64,000 nucleotides of DNA, taken from NCBI GenBank assembly GCA_976226885.1, contig OZ320314.1:66836001-66900000 (forward strand). Reading direction: 5' to 3'. Position 1 is the stretch's first letter, and each line of letters starts with the position of its first letter. This DNA comes from Iphione sp. A-MEVVRFRX5 (lineage: Eukaryota). A program made the translations under genes and the position numbers. The notes beneath the pieces are model-generated. The model made no database searches. It was not told the origin of the DNA and saw nothing but the letters and a program-made list of their open reading frames with translations. Shown here piece after piece: positions 52,561-64,000 of this stretch.

Positions 52561-55500
52561 CTAGACCTTTTGGCCTGGTCTTATTCTGGGAATCTATATG
52601 TCTTCCGTCCCTCATCCCAGCGTCATTCTTTTTCGTGCTTCCTGTTCCAATATTAACTCTGTACCTTCTCTCTGGATCACCTACTACCGCCCCAGAACAA
52701 ACGCATCGACCCACCCGTTTTCATGTTATAGTCCCTGGAAGACGACGCGCGTGACGGTCATGCCTGGAATTTACCATGAGTGACTGCCGCCATAAAAGAA
52801 GCAAGAAGAGAAGCAAGCGCGCGCACACACACATACCTCCAAGCACTCTCCTCCCCATCCTTTTCTCTGTCCCTCTTTCAGTGTCTGTCTGTCTTTCTGT
52901 CTGTCTGTCTCCAACTCTAAGTGTCTCTCTCACTCGCTCTCAGGTTGTCCATTATCACTTAAACATGAGCAGCCGTCAGTCGGGTAGAAGGACATCAAGT
53001 CTACCTGACTTTGTTTTTTGTGACTACTCCTACCTGGGCCCTAACATACTTTTCAGTCACGCGGTGATTTGGAGGCGTCTGAAAGTCCCCCTAACCGGGT
53101 TATGCAAATGTTAACCCAATTTGCTAGGTGTGCTATTCGTTCGATTCCAATTCACACCCAGCTCAAGTAGGAATTCTATTTCTGTAGACACATGGCATTT
53201 GTGAGACGGGAAACTGAACGTGATTATCTACCTCGATGTTGGCTAACCGTGCACAAAGGCACGCGAACAAAAATGGTGTCTAAAGACATTAAGGTATGTG
53301 GGGAAGGATAGGAAAGTTCTGAATGGGAGGATGGAGCCAACTGGGGATGGAAGGAATGGGGCCGGTAAAAGTAACGAGTTTATGTACGCATGCTCCCGCC
53401 GAATGCCCATATAAATACTGCTTGAATAATTGAAGGCCAGCGCATGTGCTCCTTTTTCTAGGAAATCCAGAGCAAAAATAAAGCAGTATACATACGTGTA
53501 TACGAACAAAGGTTGAATAGTTGCCACCTCTGACGTCACATTGACGCGTTTATTAAGAGGAGAAATGGATCCCTCTCCGAGTTTACCCTCATGTTTGTAA
53601 TGAACTCTTTCGACCTTTGTTGTGTACTGGTCTAAACGTAGATGGTTGACCGGGTAGCGCGGCGTTGCCCCACCCCCACCCTCAGCCCCCTTTGGACGCG
53701 GCCGCACACACTAGTAGACTTCGCTACGAGGTGATTGCGAACGGTTGGCGTTGATGTTTGGATGGAGAACTCTAGTCGCCGAACTAATCAATGTTTAATG
53801 CTGCGTGCCTTTGCTGCGTGGTCCCACCGTCGCCAGTGGCAACCGATGGGTTCTGGCGGCCACTGAAAATTAACAATTTACGCACTAAAATCGAGTGGAT
53901 TTCCTGCTGCTGCCTATAGATTGGTTGCCTGACGGACAGGGATGAAGGAGGCTGCCGCAGTCAATTTTTTCTTCTTGTTTGTAGCAGATAGTATATCGCT
54001 AACCTGTCGCTGCGTATCTGTCACCTCCCTAGCCACAAACAAAGTTTTTGATACACATTCGAAAACAATGCATCCGTCTCATCTTTTAATTTTTGCTTTT
54101 CGTCGAGGACGTTGTACATGTATATGAAATGGCTCTAGTGCGATAGAAATGAGGAGGGTAAAATACATGCATAAGGAACACACATACATAAGGAACATAT
54201 ATGTAGTTAGATTTGAAAACTGTCAGCCTTTAGTGTTGAGTCCTAACTTGAGTCACAGGGGACTGTTGAGTTCCGTAATGAAAAGTACATAAAGGTCCCT
54301 ATTTTCATGGCCTTATAAAATGGCATTTTATTAGAATGCAAAGAACTGCGAATTAAAATTGATGAGGAGGTCGGGTGTTCCACCGAATCAAAGACGGAGG
54401 CAAACATGCACTTGAGGCGTCCTTGAGTGCAAAAGTGGAAAAGGCGTTCGTGTGTCTGTGCGTGCATTGGGCGGTGGTTATTGATCAGGGGCCGGCATGT
54501 ACATACACGCGTTTTAAAAGTGTTATAAAGAACGAAAGGAGTATGTGGACAAAGAGGTAAGCACGCCGACAGCCAGAATATGAAACACGATGGGCTACGG
54601 ATGCTATTAGCACCTGTAGCATCGACTAGAGCCGTCATTGCGGCGTTGGATGTCTGGAGTGTGCCGGGAGATCATGTACCTGTCGAGTGATGCGCCCCCT
54701 GACCTGCGCCTATCTGTAGTAAAACGAGAGAAGCGCCCCCGATGCCCCGACCGGCGCGCCGCCTAGATGAAACGCCCGGATATGCCCGACGTGTTGCGCC
54801 GAGCCATTAGCCGTCGATATGCGCTTGTGTCCGATGCAGCGATGGCTGGTCGTCGGCATCGGCAGCGGTAGACGGCAGCGGTGTGGCTGCTGATAAGACC
54901 GTGTGATTTACGGCGGGGCTAGCGGGCCGTTATCGGTTCAGGTGTCGGTCGGCGCACCGGCGGTTGGCGCTTGGGGCGGTGGGGGCTGGGCCTGCGCGAC
55001 GGAGGCGCCGCCCGACGGTGTGGGTACCTCGTAACCAACATGGTGACTGGCCGACACGAGATCACTGATCAGTCAGCGGTGGCTGCAGCTGACAGGGAGC
55101 CAGGAGCCGCAGGTTGCAGGCAGGAGAGGGGGAAAGGGGGGGAACCTCTGCATTGCCATAGAGACACACCCATGCACAATGATCTGCATAGAGGAATATT
55201 TCATTATTCAACCCCGTGACCAAAAAGGACGAGGGGATGGGCTTCAAGTTGACATTTATGTAGTGACTACGGCCATTCTCTGGTTGCAGGTGAATGGTAC
55301 AACACTGAAGTAAAACGATTTGTTTGTACATGAATACCATAATCAGCCTGGTGCCATTCCTCATTAAAAAAAACTGAAACTAGGGCATGACTTTGTGCCT
55401 TATGTGTGTGTTTTATAAGGTGACATGACATTTGATGGAATAATTGCTTGATTATCGGTCACATTGCCCATCAAGCCTCATTCTTTCCGACTGGTAACCT

Positions 55501-55638
55501 ATTCATCCATCCATCCTCCCTCCTTTCCCACTCCTTCCTTCCCCCCCTGCTTCCGTTTGTCCTCCATTTACCTTCTTTATCCTTCTATCCCTCCGTTCCA
55601 CCCCTCCTTTTACTTTCCACCGATCAGTTAATCGATCG

Positions 55639-55671
55639 ATCCATCTATGCTTCTATCCATCGATCCATCTG

Positions 55672-55704
<33 letters not shown>

Positions 55705-55706
55705 CC
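55639..55706. repeat. Degenerate (TCCA)n microsatellite
   Basis: Direct reading. Confidence 0.85.
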
Positions 55707-58700
55707 GCATCCCAACATAGGCTGTCCCCTTTTGGTTACAGATAAATACAGTTATATCCACATGCATATCATTGAATACGTATCTAGAAAGTCCTAGGTT
55801 CGAAACGAACCGCCCTCCCACCCACCAACGCAGTGCGTTCCAACCCCGGTCTCCGAAGGTAAAGGGAAATAGTGGAATGGGAAGTCCATTGGTGATTTGC
55901 TTATCTACAGCTGTAGACATAAAAGTCACAACCAGGAGACGGGATCGTTTCATGTCGTCCCATAATACGCTGGGCCTGGTTACCACCGTGGAGTTACTAC
56001 GGAGCTGACTCAGGTAGATACTGCCGCCTGGTATCAGTGGGGTGCCTGCTGTGACAGCCTTGTGGGCCTTCCACTGAGTGTCGGAGACTCATTAGCCAGG
56101 TGCAGACCTTCAAGCCTACGGAGGACGAGAGATAGATGTATATCGCACCTTATCATTACCAGCCACCGTACGGCACAAGTCGAGATAACACGCCCGTGGG
56201 ACTTTCATCACTGTCACGGCATGTCGCGGTGAAGAACTCAGCGCGGCCCCTAATGGTGATTTACTCGATCAAGTAATATACTGAAATATTGAAGCACTTC
56301 TGACGGCTTTCATGCTGAGGTGTCCCGCTTGCTGTAAATTCAACATGCATCTATGATCACAGTCAATAATGCTGCTGTCTGGGAGCTGTTTATAAGTGGA
56401 ATGTTTGTTTGAAAGTGCCTGTCGCTCCTTTTCCACGCCGGTTTGCGGCTTCACTCCATCATTGCCCACTGGATCGCTGTGTAATAGTGGGTCGGCAGAA
56501 GGGCCTTTGTGACAGGCTACCCGACTGATGGGACCGGAGGTATGTGGCGTGATGGGACACCCACCCCGCCCTCCACTCATTATTATAGAGTGGCTACAAA
56601 TGGAGTAGATTGAGGCAGCTGTGACTCCCATAGTGAGAAGAAGGAGGAGGCTTGACATGAGTGCTGGTCGTCTTAGCGGTAGTTATTACCATACAGTGCG
56701 TGCCTTCAGGCTAGTGCAGTTTGCAATATTTATAATCCCCGCCTCCACATATTTATCACCCAAGAAAAGTATAGAAAGAAGGCGACGTATTCTACAACAG
56801 GCCTTGGCTGATGCACCCTCTGTGTATACAACGGGTAGCTCTAACCAAACGGCCTGTGGAGTGGGCGGCCGTTGGCTGCTGGCACAGCCAAGGGCCAAGC
56901 GTGAATTGGAGACCTTCGCCAATGTAAGTGCCGCCTCGCTGTTAGCTTGATTACTGCCACTCTCAGGGGCCTGTCTGACGGCCAACCGCCTTGTCCAGCA
57001 GGGCAGCCTCAATGGCTCATCATATGTATGGGCTTCGTACATCAACTCGGGGAGGTCAGTGAGGCAATCGTTGTGGGTGTCTATACATGGCCGTAGATGT
57101 GGACGCTGAGACTTTTTATCAGTCTGTTACATCAAATCTATACCTGTCTCCCCATCCACATATTCCAAACTGTTATGCGGCCTCCTGATAACTCCGCTCT
57201 ACGCAAACCTGCAAGACTGGAAGGGTAAAGTCCCCCAGATCTTGAAGCGGTCCACATATCAGGGGCCTGATCACCCAGTTAGTCGGACAAACGAGGTAAT
57301 TCAGTTGCGGCTAGTTTGTCTCCGGCCTGATGTGCTGTAGCGAAGGAAGCAAGCGGCGGTCAGCGACCGGCGCTGGGGGCCAGCCAAGACATGGTCCTGG
57401 CCGCCAGGATATTGCCTGGTGATGACGTCTGCCGCCAGATGAGCTACAACGGCAACCGTGGGGCAGGCGAGCTCGGCGGCCCTGGAGGAAGACTATCAGC
57501 AATGGCGGCAATAATACCCTGCCGGCTGCGCACAGGAGGACAGAAGAACGTCTGGAGACGCTCCATTAGCTCCGGTCGAAATTCTGAATTTTAGGAGCAG
57601 CTTAGTCACAGGAAGACAATATCCAGTATTGTAATGGAATAGTCGTATGGTTGTAATGGAATAGTGGACGGAGATTGCTCGTAGGTATTTTCTGGAGATG
57701 AATTGGTTGACACAGCTAACTTACATGTAATTTATTTAGCGATCAGGTTTGTACGCGTATGTGTATACTACTTACAACGCCAAGGAAACCACTTTTTCTT
57801 CGTTTCAGTTGTGCTTTGACGGACAAATCTACATTCTTTCAGTATTGCCTGAAACATTTCCGTCCGATGGCGGTTTCTGGGCGATGCCTCCAGCTTCTTT
57901 GCACGGAGCGGCCAGCTTGGCAAGGCCGTTCGGTTGCAGTGCGCAAGTAGATTATTCGTGTGTCTTGTGCCTCTTGGAGCCGGCGGCTGGCCCGCACCGC
58001 TCACCTGACCGCTGACCCGCCCCCTGGGTCAGTCAATCTCATCACACCCTCCTACCAGCATAAAGCCGTCGCTCGACCCGTCCGAGAGATGGATTGAAGC
58101 GGGGTTGCTTTTTTTCCCGTAAGGGTGACGGTGGAGGTATTGGGGGTGGGGAGGGAGGTTAAAGGAGTTGGGTGTAGGATGGGTGCAGGTGTCTAGGGGT
58201 CTTTAGGCTGACACCACCCACAGACTGAGTTTATTGATCCAACGCGGGTAGGGACAGTACGGAGGCGGGGGATGTTGAAAGCTGCCTCTCTCAAAGCTCC
58301 AGATGAAGCCAGTTAGTTCCTGGCTGTCCGTCTCCTGCTGCCGCTTCACCAACTAGCACAGACTCCCTGAAGTAATCGTATTTGACCAGTGGACCGTGCT
58401 ATATGGTCGACGGACCAGAGCCATTCTCACATCGTGCACCATTGAAACGTCTGCAACGTGAACGAAACTGCCAAATAAAGTACGGAGCTGACAAACTACT
58501 TATTGAATTTCGGCAGACCCGTCGGGTTAGGCACCCGGTCCCAGCGCTCTCGCAGGGAGGATACTGTCACCCAGTCTTATTGGAAGGGCCCTCTGTCAGT
58601 GTTGGCGCTGTCCCTACAGGACTGGGGCCTCCTGTGAATGGCAACCTCCAGAGAGAAAGCCGGGGCGTCTACCTTTGCAGGTCCTTACATATTCACAGCA

Positions 58701-61700
58701 GCGACATGCTACACGGAGGCCGCCGAGGGTGTCAGATTTATTAGAGGACCCGGAAAACAATGTGCTGAATATTAACGATAGTGGATGGCCATGTCAAGGG
58801 CAGATGTCGACGGAGGGATAAAGTAACAAGTGAAACGCCTATATTATTCTTGGCGTCAGTGCCCTTTAACCTCCTTGTGGGTACCTACTCGAATTAAGAC
58901 CAACAAGAGCCTCCAGCATACTCATAAACACATACACCACCCACAACATCATATCTTAGTTATGAACTGTAATTAAACAAAATACATGTAGTTATTACTA
59001 TCTTATCTATTTACCCTTACCTAGTTTTTATACCCAGGAATGTCATTTCCTACATATTCTGCAAAAACGGTGTTGAACGTTTGAAGAAAAATTGTCATCT
59101 TGTAGTGAATACTGTACAAACAATATTACGAAGAGGGCTTTTCTCGCAATCATTAAAGAAAGTCTCCGTTTTCTTTAACTTGAGGAGTGGATGGTAATAT
59201 GAGGCACGACGCTGCCATTGTAAGAGAGCCTGAGTGAGGGCTTTCCGCGTCTCGATAATCCTTGCCAAAGCAGACAGACGTTTGACATGTGTCACAATGA
59301 CCCTTGTAAACAGGTGTTGAGGTACCACTGCCGATCTCTTCCGTGTCCAGCAGGATTAGATCATAAAGTAGACATTGACAGGTCGGGATGGATTAGTTTC
59401 TTGCCGATTTCTTCGTGGGTTTGGTGTGGCGGGGTGGAGGGTTTAGTCATTGCTTCTCCACGGCGGCTGCGTTTAAGACCATTCAGTTGTCGAACAAGAG
59501 AACAGAAAGTGAACAAATCCGAGGACTCTTTCTCCTCACAGGGTGCATCTGAGAAAGACGGTGGCATAAAGTGTGTTCCATAAACATCAAGAGAGAGAGG
59601 AAAAAAATTGCTGAGACCCATAAAGTGTTTATGTGTGTTCCCATTTGCAGCTTTCTTGAAGTCTGCTCATGTTATTTTTCATATGGTGGGGACTATATTG
59701 TTTCCTCGTGAACTAGAAAACCAAACGCCATATCTGTAGGACAGGAAAGCGAGGACACCGAAGGAAGTCTGATGCTGTGTACTAACTGTGCTAGCCTTAC
59801 GTTTAGGTGCTTTTCGACGTCAGACTGCCAGGAGCCAGATATGAGAGATTGAAGCGTCAGAACACATCATGACCAAGTGCTCGCCGACAGAGGCGCTCGT
59901 ACCAAGCATGAAATCAGTAATGCAGTGAGGCACGTTCGGATTGAGTGCTGGTGACTTGTATATCGACAGAGAAAAAATCGTTACCCACTCCAAGCCACCT
60001 CGCCTATCATATTATTAGCTTGTTTCTATAATTACCCGAGATTGATCCGTGCACTGTTCCGTGTGCCATCACACACAACATCAGCACGCGTCACGATTCC
60101 AGTCCAGGAGCATTGAGTTGAATAACAACTGGCTGGGCTATTAGTGAAGTTTATTCGAATGATCTATTGTCAGCGCGATATGGAGACGAAGAGGGTTGCG
60201 CTTTCTCCTTCGCAGGCTTGAGGAAGAAGATAAAATTCGTCTATAAAAAGCCCAGTGCTGTGGGTACATCGAGTGACGTGACCTGCAACTTGTTGATTTT
60301 CGTCATGGTGATACCACTGTATACGCCAAGCAGACTGTTGAGTGTTGGTTCGTTTTAGCGTCTGACTGATTAATGATTTAATATACATATGTAGATCAAG
60401 GAATCAGATTCGAGGGTACTTTCAAGGATAAGCACTACATGTATAGCTCCCAACGTCCGTCCTTTAAAAGCAGCAGTCTAGGTCGTTGGTGATATTTGAG
60501 GTTCTTTGCCTGAAAACCGAGGAAGCTCAGAAATGCTACTGTGGTAGGGCTTGTTTCCATATCTCTGTGTGTATGTGTGAGTATTGTGTCTTCATTGACT
60601 GGGACGACATATGAATCAATATCTGTATTTGCACCGCACCATTTTGTGCTATTGGAATTTTACTGCAAATCTCTTGAATTTGTGCATACTCCCGACAAAT
60701 GTCTTGAATTTGTGCAACTGTGTAGTTTTTTTTGCTACTGATAAGCAATTAAGCTAGTTTTTCCTATGTTCGAACATATAGTGGCCTGCTTCTAACCGAG
60801 GCCCAATCAAGAAAATCTTCTGTTATAACAAATGTCCAGCCTGCCAAGATATGTTTGTTAAACTTATCTGAATTTACAGCATGCGCATGACTAGGGGATG
60901 TGTTTTCTTACATTCGTTGATACTCCGCTAGGTCTTTTTGGTAAAAAAACGAACTAAAAACAGCTCCTGACTACAAGTACATATACATGTACTTGGAGAG
61001 CAGTCACCGTACTACCTCAAGAATTTGAACCCGCTAACCACACCATCCGACCATTCCTTCCACGGAACCACTTTTTAAGGACCATTCCTGTGTGATGCGG
61101 AACAACCATCGAACTAAACCACTACCAACACAGTGGGAATTACCTTCATTCACCAAGCTGTCGGGTCGTTTTTGTGCCCATGATGACTTTTTTTTTGCGA
61201 TGAATACTGCACTCGAGCCAGCTGTGTTGTGATTAGCTGCTGAGGTGTGTGCACGACATAATCCACCAGTGCACTGTGGCTACTACCTCTTATCCTACGA
61301 CCTGTAGGTCGGTCCACGTCTGGAGACCCTCAGTACAATCTGCTACTGTCACCCACAGCACAAAGGAAAGGCCTATACTGTATGTTTGTATTATATTGCC
61401 CCAAACGACTTGCTACGTGAACCTGTCGGAGTGACTGTCCTCCTCCCCCCCCTCCCCTCCCACCACCACCACCACCTTACTATGAGTCCTGTCCACAGCA
61501 GGCTCGCCCTCATTCGGTGCATATTGAAGTCATCTTAGCTATTCCTTTGAAACTTGATTGCCAGCATTGTCAACTCCACCTCCTCTCATCATCCAACCTG
61601 CTGGTAAATGTTGGGCTCGCCGGTTCGGTTTGTGTAGGGAGAAAATAGGACCCCTCCGTGGGCATGGTTAGCGAAGTATTTAAGTGGTGTTATTTCTCGG

Positions 61701-62217
61701 AATGACCGAATAACTGAACTGCTAGGTGTGCCCTCGCCCCTTCTCTTTCTCCCACTTGTGAAAGTTGTCTCATGTTTCCCCGACGTGCGGTTCAATATTG
61801 AGGCGGTGGAGGAGGACCGCCTCAGGACCAGGAAAATTAATGTTTAATATAGAAATAGGGAATTGGAGTTGGATGCCAGCTGCTCTGACATTGATCAATG
61901 ACCTAATGGGAGGACAAAGGATGACTGAGGGCCATCGCCCCACTCACAGCTTAAATCATCATGACGCAATGAACAGAGTTTATGCTTGTATCTTTTACTA
62001 GCAAAGGCGTATTTTCCGTTCGATTAAATATTTCATTGTGTAGTTACTGTTGAAAACGATAAGAGCAAAAAGAGTTTCCCCTTCGTGCATTTAATTCCGT
62101 TGTTATGGTTATAATGGATACGAGAAAGGTATTCGCCAGGCACGTACTACTCAAGGCCACACTGAAGTGTAAATCGTACGTCACACCGACTTGTTGAGGA
62201 ATGTCTGAACGTAAAGA

Positions 62218-62218
<1 letters not shown>

Positions 62219-62268
<50 letters not shown>

Positions 62269-62292
62269 GCACGCACGCACGCACGCACGCAC
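62219..62292. repeat. Compound (AC)n(GCAC)n microsatellite
   Basis: Direct reading. Confidence 0.95.
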
Positions 62293-62612
62293 AAAACACG
62301 CGCACGCATACATACCGTCGCACGTCCTCATCGTATAACCTCATCATGGCTGAAATTGTCCTCCACTAGAAACCACCTGATGCTCTGGAATGCATCATTA
62401 CGGCCAGTCACCGCCGTGTGATGGACGAAGCAAAGGCAGGCTTCTTGCCGCTAGGTGTCACCCACTACGTGTACAAACCACAATTTATTTTTTTAAAGGA
62501 GAAATAAAAGAGGAAGGGAGTCGGCCCGTATATGGAATAATTTGTACCTGACAAAACTACTGTCGTAGTCTCACAAATACTAATATAGTTTTACGTTTTT
62601 TTTCCATTGCAG

Positions 62613-62789
62613 CCATGCCGAGCGGCTACCCACGCATCACCGAGAGTCCAACACTGAAGGCCGTAGAGAAGGACCGGAATACAGTCATGTTATGCTCAGC
62701 GACAGCCAACCCCGACCCGACCATCATGTGGCTGAAGGACTTCATCCCCGTCGACCTCAGCGACCCCAGGCTGAAGCTCCTTCAGACTG
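62613..62789 (+). CDS. Lar: LAR exon, Ig-like domain 2 (N-terminal part)
   Basis: Acceptor tttttttccattgcag|, donor G|GTAAGT, 177 nt, phase 1-1; KAVEKDRNTVMLCSATANPDPTIMWLKDFIPVD is diagnostic of LAR Ig2. Confidence 0.97.
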
Positions 62790-62995
62790 GTAAGTTGGCC
62801 GCCCCTCCCGCCCGTCTGCCGGCATTTGGCACGCCTGTCTAGACGTGGAGCATAAAGAAACAGAGTTGAGAGATTAAGCTGCAGGCGGATGAATCTGGCA
62901 GAATTATTTCTTTATCAGCAACAAACCAAAAATGAACGTCTGTGAATGGCACGGTCATTTTCACACAGTGTACTTGATTGCTTTTCTCTCTGCAG

Positions 62996-63106
62996 GTTCC
63001 CTCCAAATCCGGCACAGTCAAGAGTCTGACGAGGGAAAATACGAATGTGTCGCCGAAAATAGCAATGGTGTTGCCTACTCGTATGGTGCCAACCTGTACG
63101 TCAGAG
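62996..63106 (+). CDS. Lar: LAR exon, Ig-like domain 2 (C-terminal part)
   Basis: Acceptor cttttctctctgcag|, donor G|GTACGT, 111 nt, phase 1-1; [37 protein letters not shown]. Confidence 0.97.
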
Positions 63107-64000
63107 GTACGTGTCACTGCGGCCCGCAACGGTTCAGCCCACAGAGGCTTTTCCCGACCTACAGACGTCCAGTCCCACCACCTAGGTGGTCTCCAGCTGT
63201 CAGAGCTCGTCATAGGCCCCCATAGATCCATCCAAGCCCCATCCCAGTCCACCAGCACCACCACCACTACCACCAGTACCACCACTGGCCACAGAGGTGC
63301 CACTCACAGGCTGCCTGACATAGGCCGATCCCAGCCAAACTGTGCAATGAGTTCACCTAAATGATCCTCCATACTTCACTGACACCAATCTTTATATCCA
63401 TGTGACAGCAATGGCTCTTTGCTCAGCGTCTTTCACTTCCATCACCTCCTGGTCCATCGTTCACCGTACTGGCCTGCTTATGTCCAGCCTGTTAAATCCT
63501 AGAGAACCCGCTGGGGGTGCCACAGGGAGGGGGGGGGGTCTCTGACGGATACTTTAGGGTGTAAATTACGCATATTACATATTCATATGTATACATATAC
63601 ATGTACATATATACCCTGGGACTAGTGACGAGCATGGTTGGGTTCCCTGTGTGTCAAGTGTTGTTGACCAGTAGTAAAAGGCTATGACTATGAGACCTTA
63701 CGTGACATACGAGTCCCTGACATTGGAATTTGGAAATGTGTTTATTGTTTGTTAGTGCCCCCTCCATACTCCCGTAACGGTAATAACATGTCATGTCGTT
63801 GAGACGTTGCCGTGCAACGTAGGGCCATGTTCACTCCAAAATAAAACCGTTGTGTCACTTGGCCAGCGTCGGCAAGTTGTCTTCTGGAGATCTCACGATA
63901 CCAGCGATTGTTGATAGATGCCGAAGTTGGTCATTGAAGCTGACAATTCACACACATTGGTTATACAGACGAAAATGGGTCGACACTGACAAATTAGGGG

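Larger units (their letters stand above)
14571..63106 (+). other. Lar: Span of LAR-family receptor tyrosine phosphatase gene (5' part: signal peptide, Ig1, Ig2; continues beyond window)
   Basis: Four exons splice in frame through phase-1 GT-AG introns to give MMPGNLRTHWILFIISLVSFVTAATSETQSD-DAPRITLAPKDQKVSENGIVSFFCKASGNPAPDIHW...EGQ-AMPSGYPRITESPTLKAVEKDRNTVMLCSATANPDPTIMWLKDFIPVD...[40 protein letters not shown]. This closely matches my recollection of vertebrate LAR Ig2 ([33 protein letters not shown]...[23 protein letters not shown]...ANLYVR). Confidence 0.95.

Noticed and set aside
52776-53114. ATG + basic + hydrophobic ORF as a possible internal signal exon
   Set aside because: Hydrophobic part derives from CT/GTCT microsatellite; no phase-1 donor.
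56621-56950. ORF with a GTAAGT donor at ~56925
   Set aside because: The open frame is phase 0 and the phase-1 frame has a stop; cannot join Ig1 to Ig2.
60990-61055. tRNA/SINE-like A-box and B-box on the minus strand
   Set aside because: Boxes are adjacent with no anticodon arm or acceptor stem; at most a deleted SINE head.

Overview
Eukaryotic (invertebrate bilaterian-like) genomic DNA with two assembly gaps. The window holds the 5' part of one large plus-strand gene, a LAR-family (type IIa; PTPRF/PTPRD/PTPRS, Drosophila Lar) receptor protein tyrosine phosphatase. Its exons are a signal-peptide exon (14571-14664), Ig1 (38437-38736) and Ig2 in two exons (62613-62789, 62996-63106), all joined by phase-1 GT-AG introns. 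The gene continues past the window end. The most interesting signal is a strong, frame-preserving 147-nt exon in intron 1 (35572-35718) that the ORF track misses. It would place a ladder of 12 consecutive X-Pro/X-Ala dipeptides plus a Gly-rich linker directly before the basic proteoglycan-binding Ig1 domain, and its RNA folds into a near-perfect 17-bp hairpin. Intron 1 also holds further phase-1-compatible candidate first or cassette exons (21807-21822; 22930/23027-23092), suggesting a variable N-terminus. The rest is intronic or intergenic: several MITEs (a PIF/Harbinger type with four tandem octamer motifs, and a TA-type flanked by an unusual 26-bp duplication), decayed TE coding remnants, microsatellites, CpG-rich promoter-like islands and a strong excess of the palindrome TACATGTA. 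No rRNA, intact tRNA or CRISPR array was found. Almost all ORF-track entries are spurious. All homology statements come from recalled motifs, not from searches.
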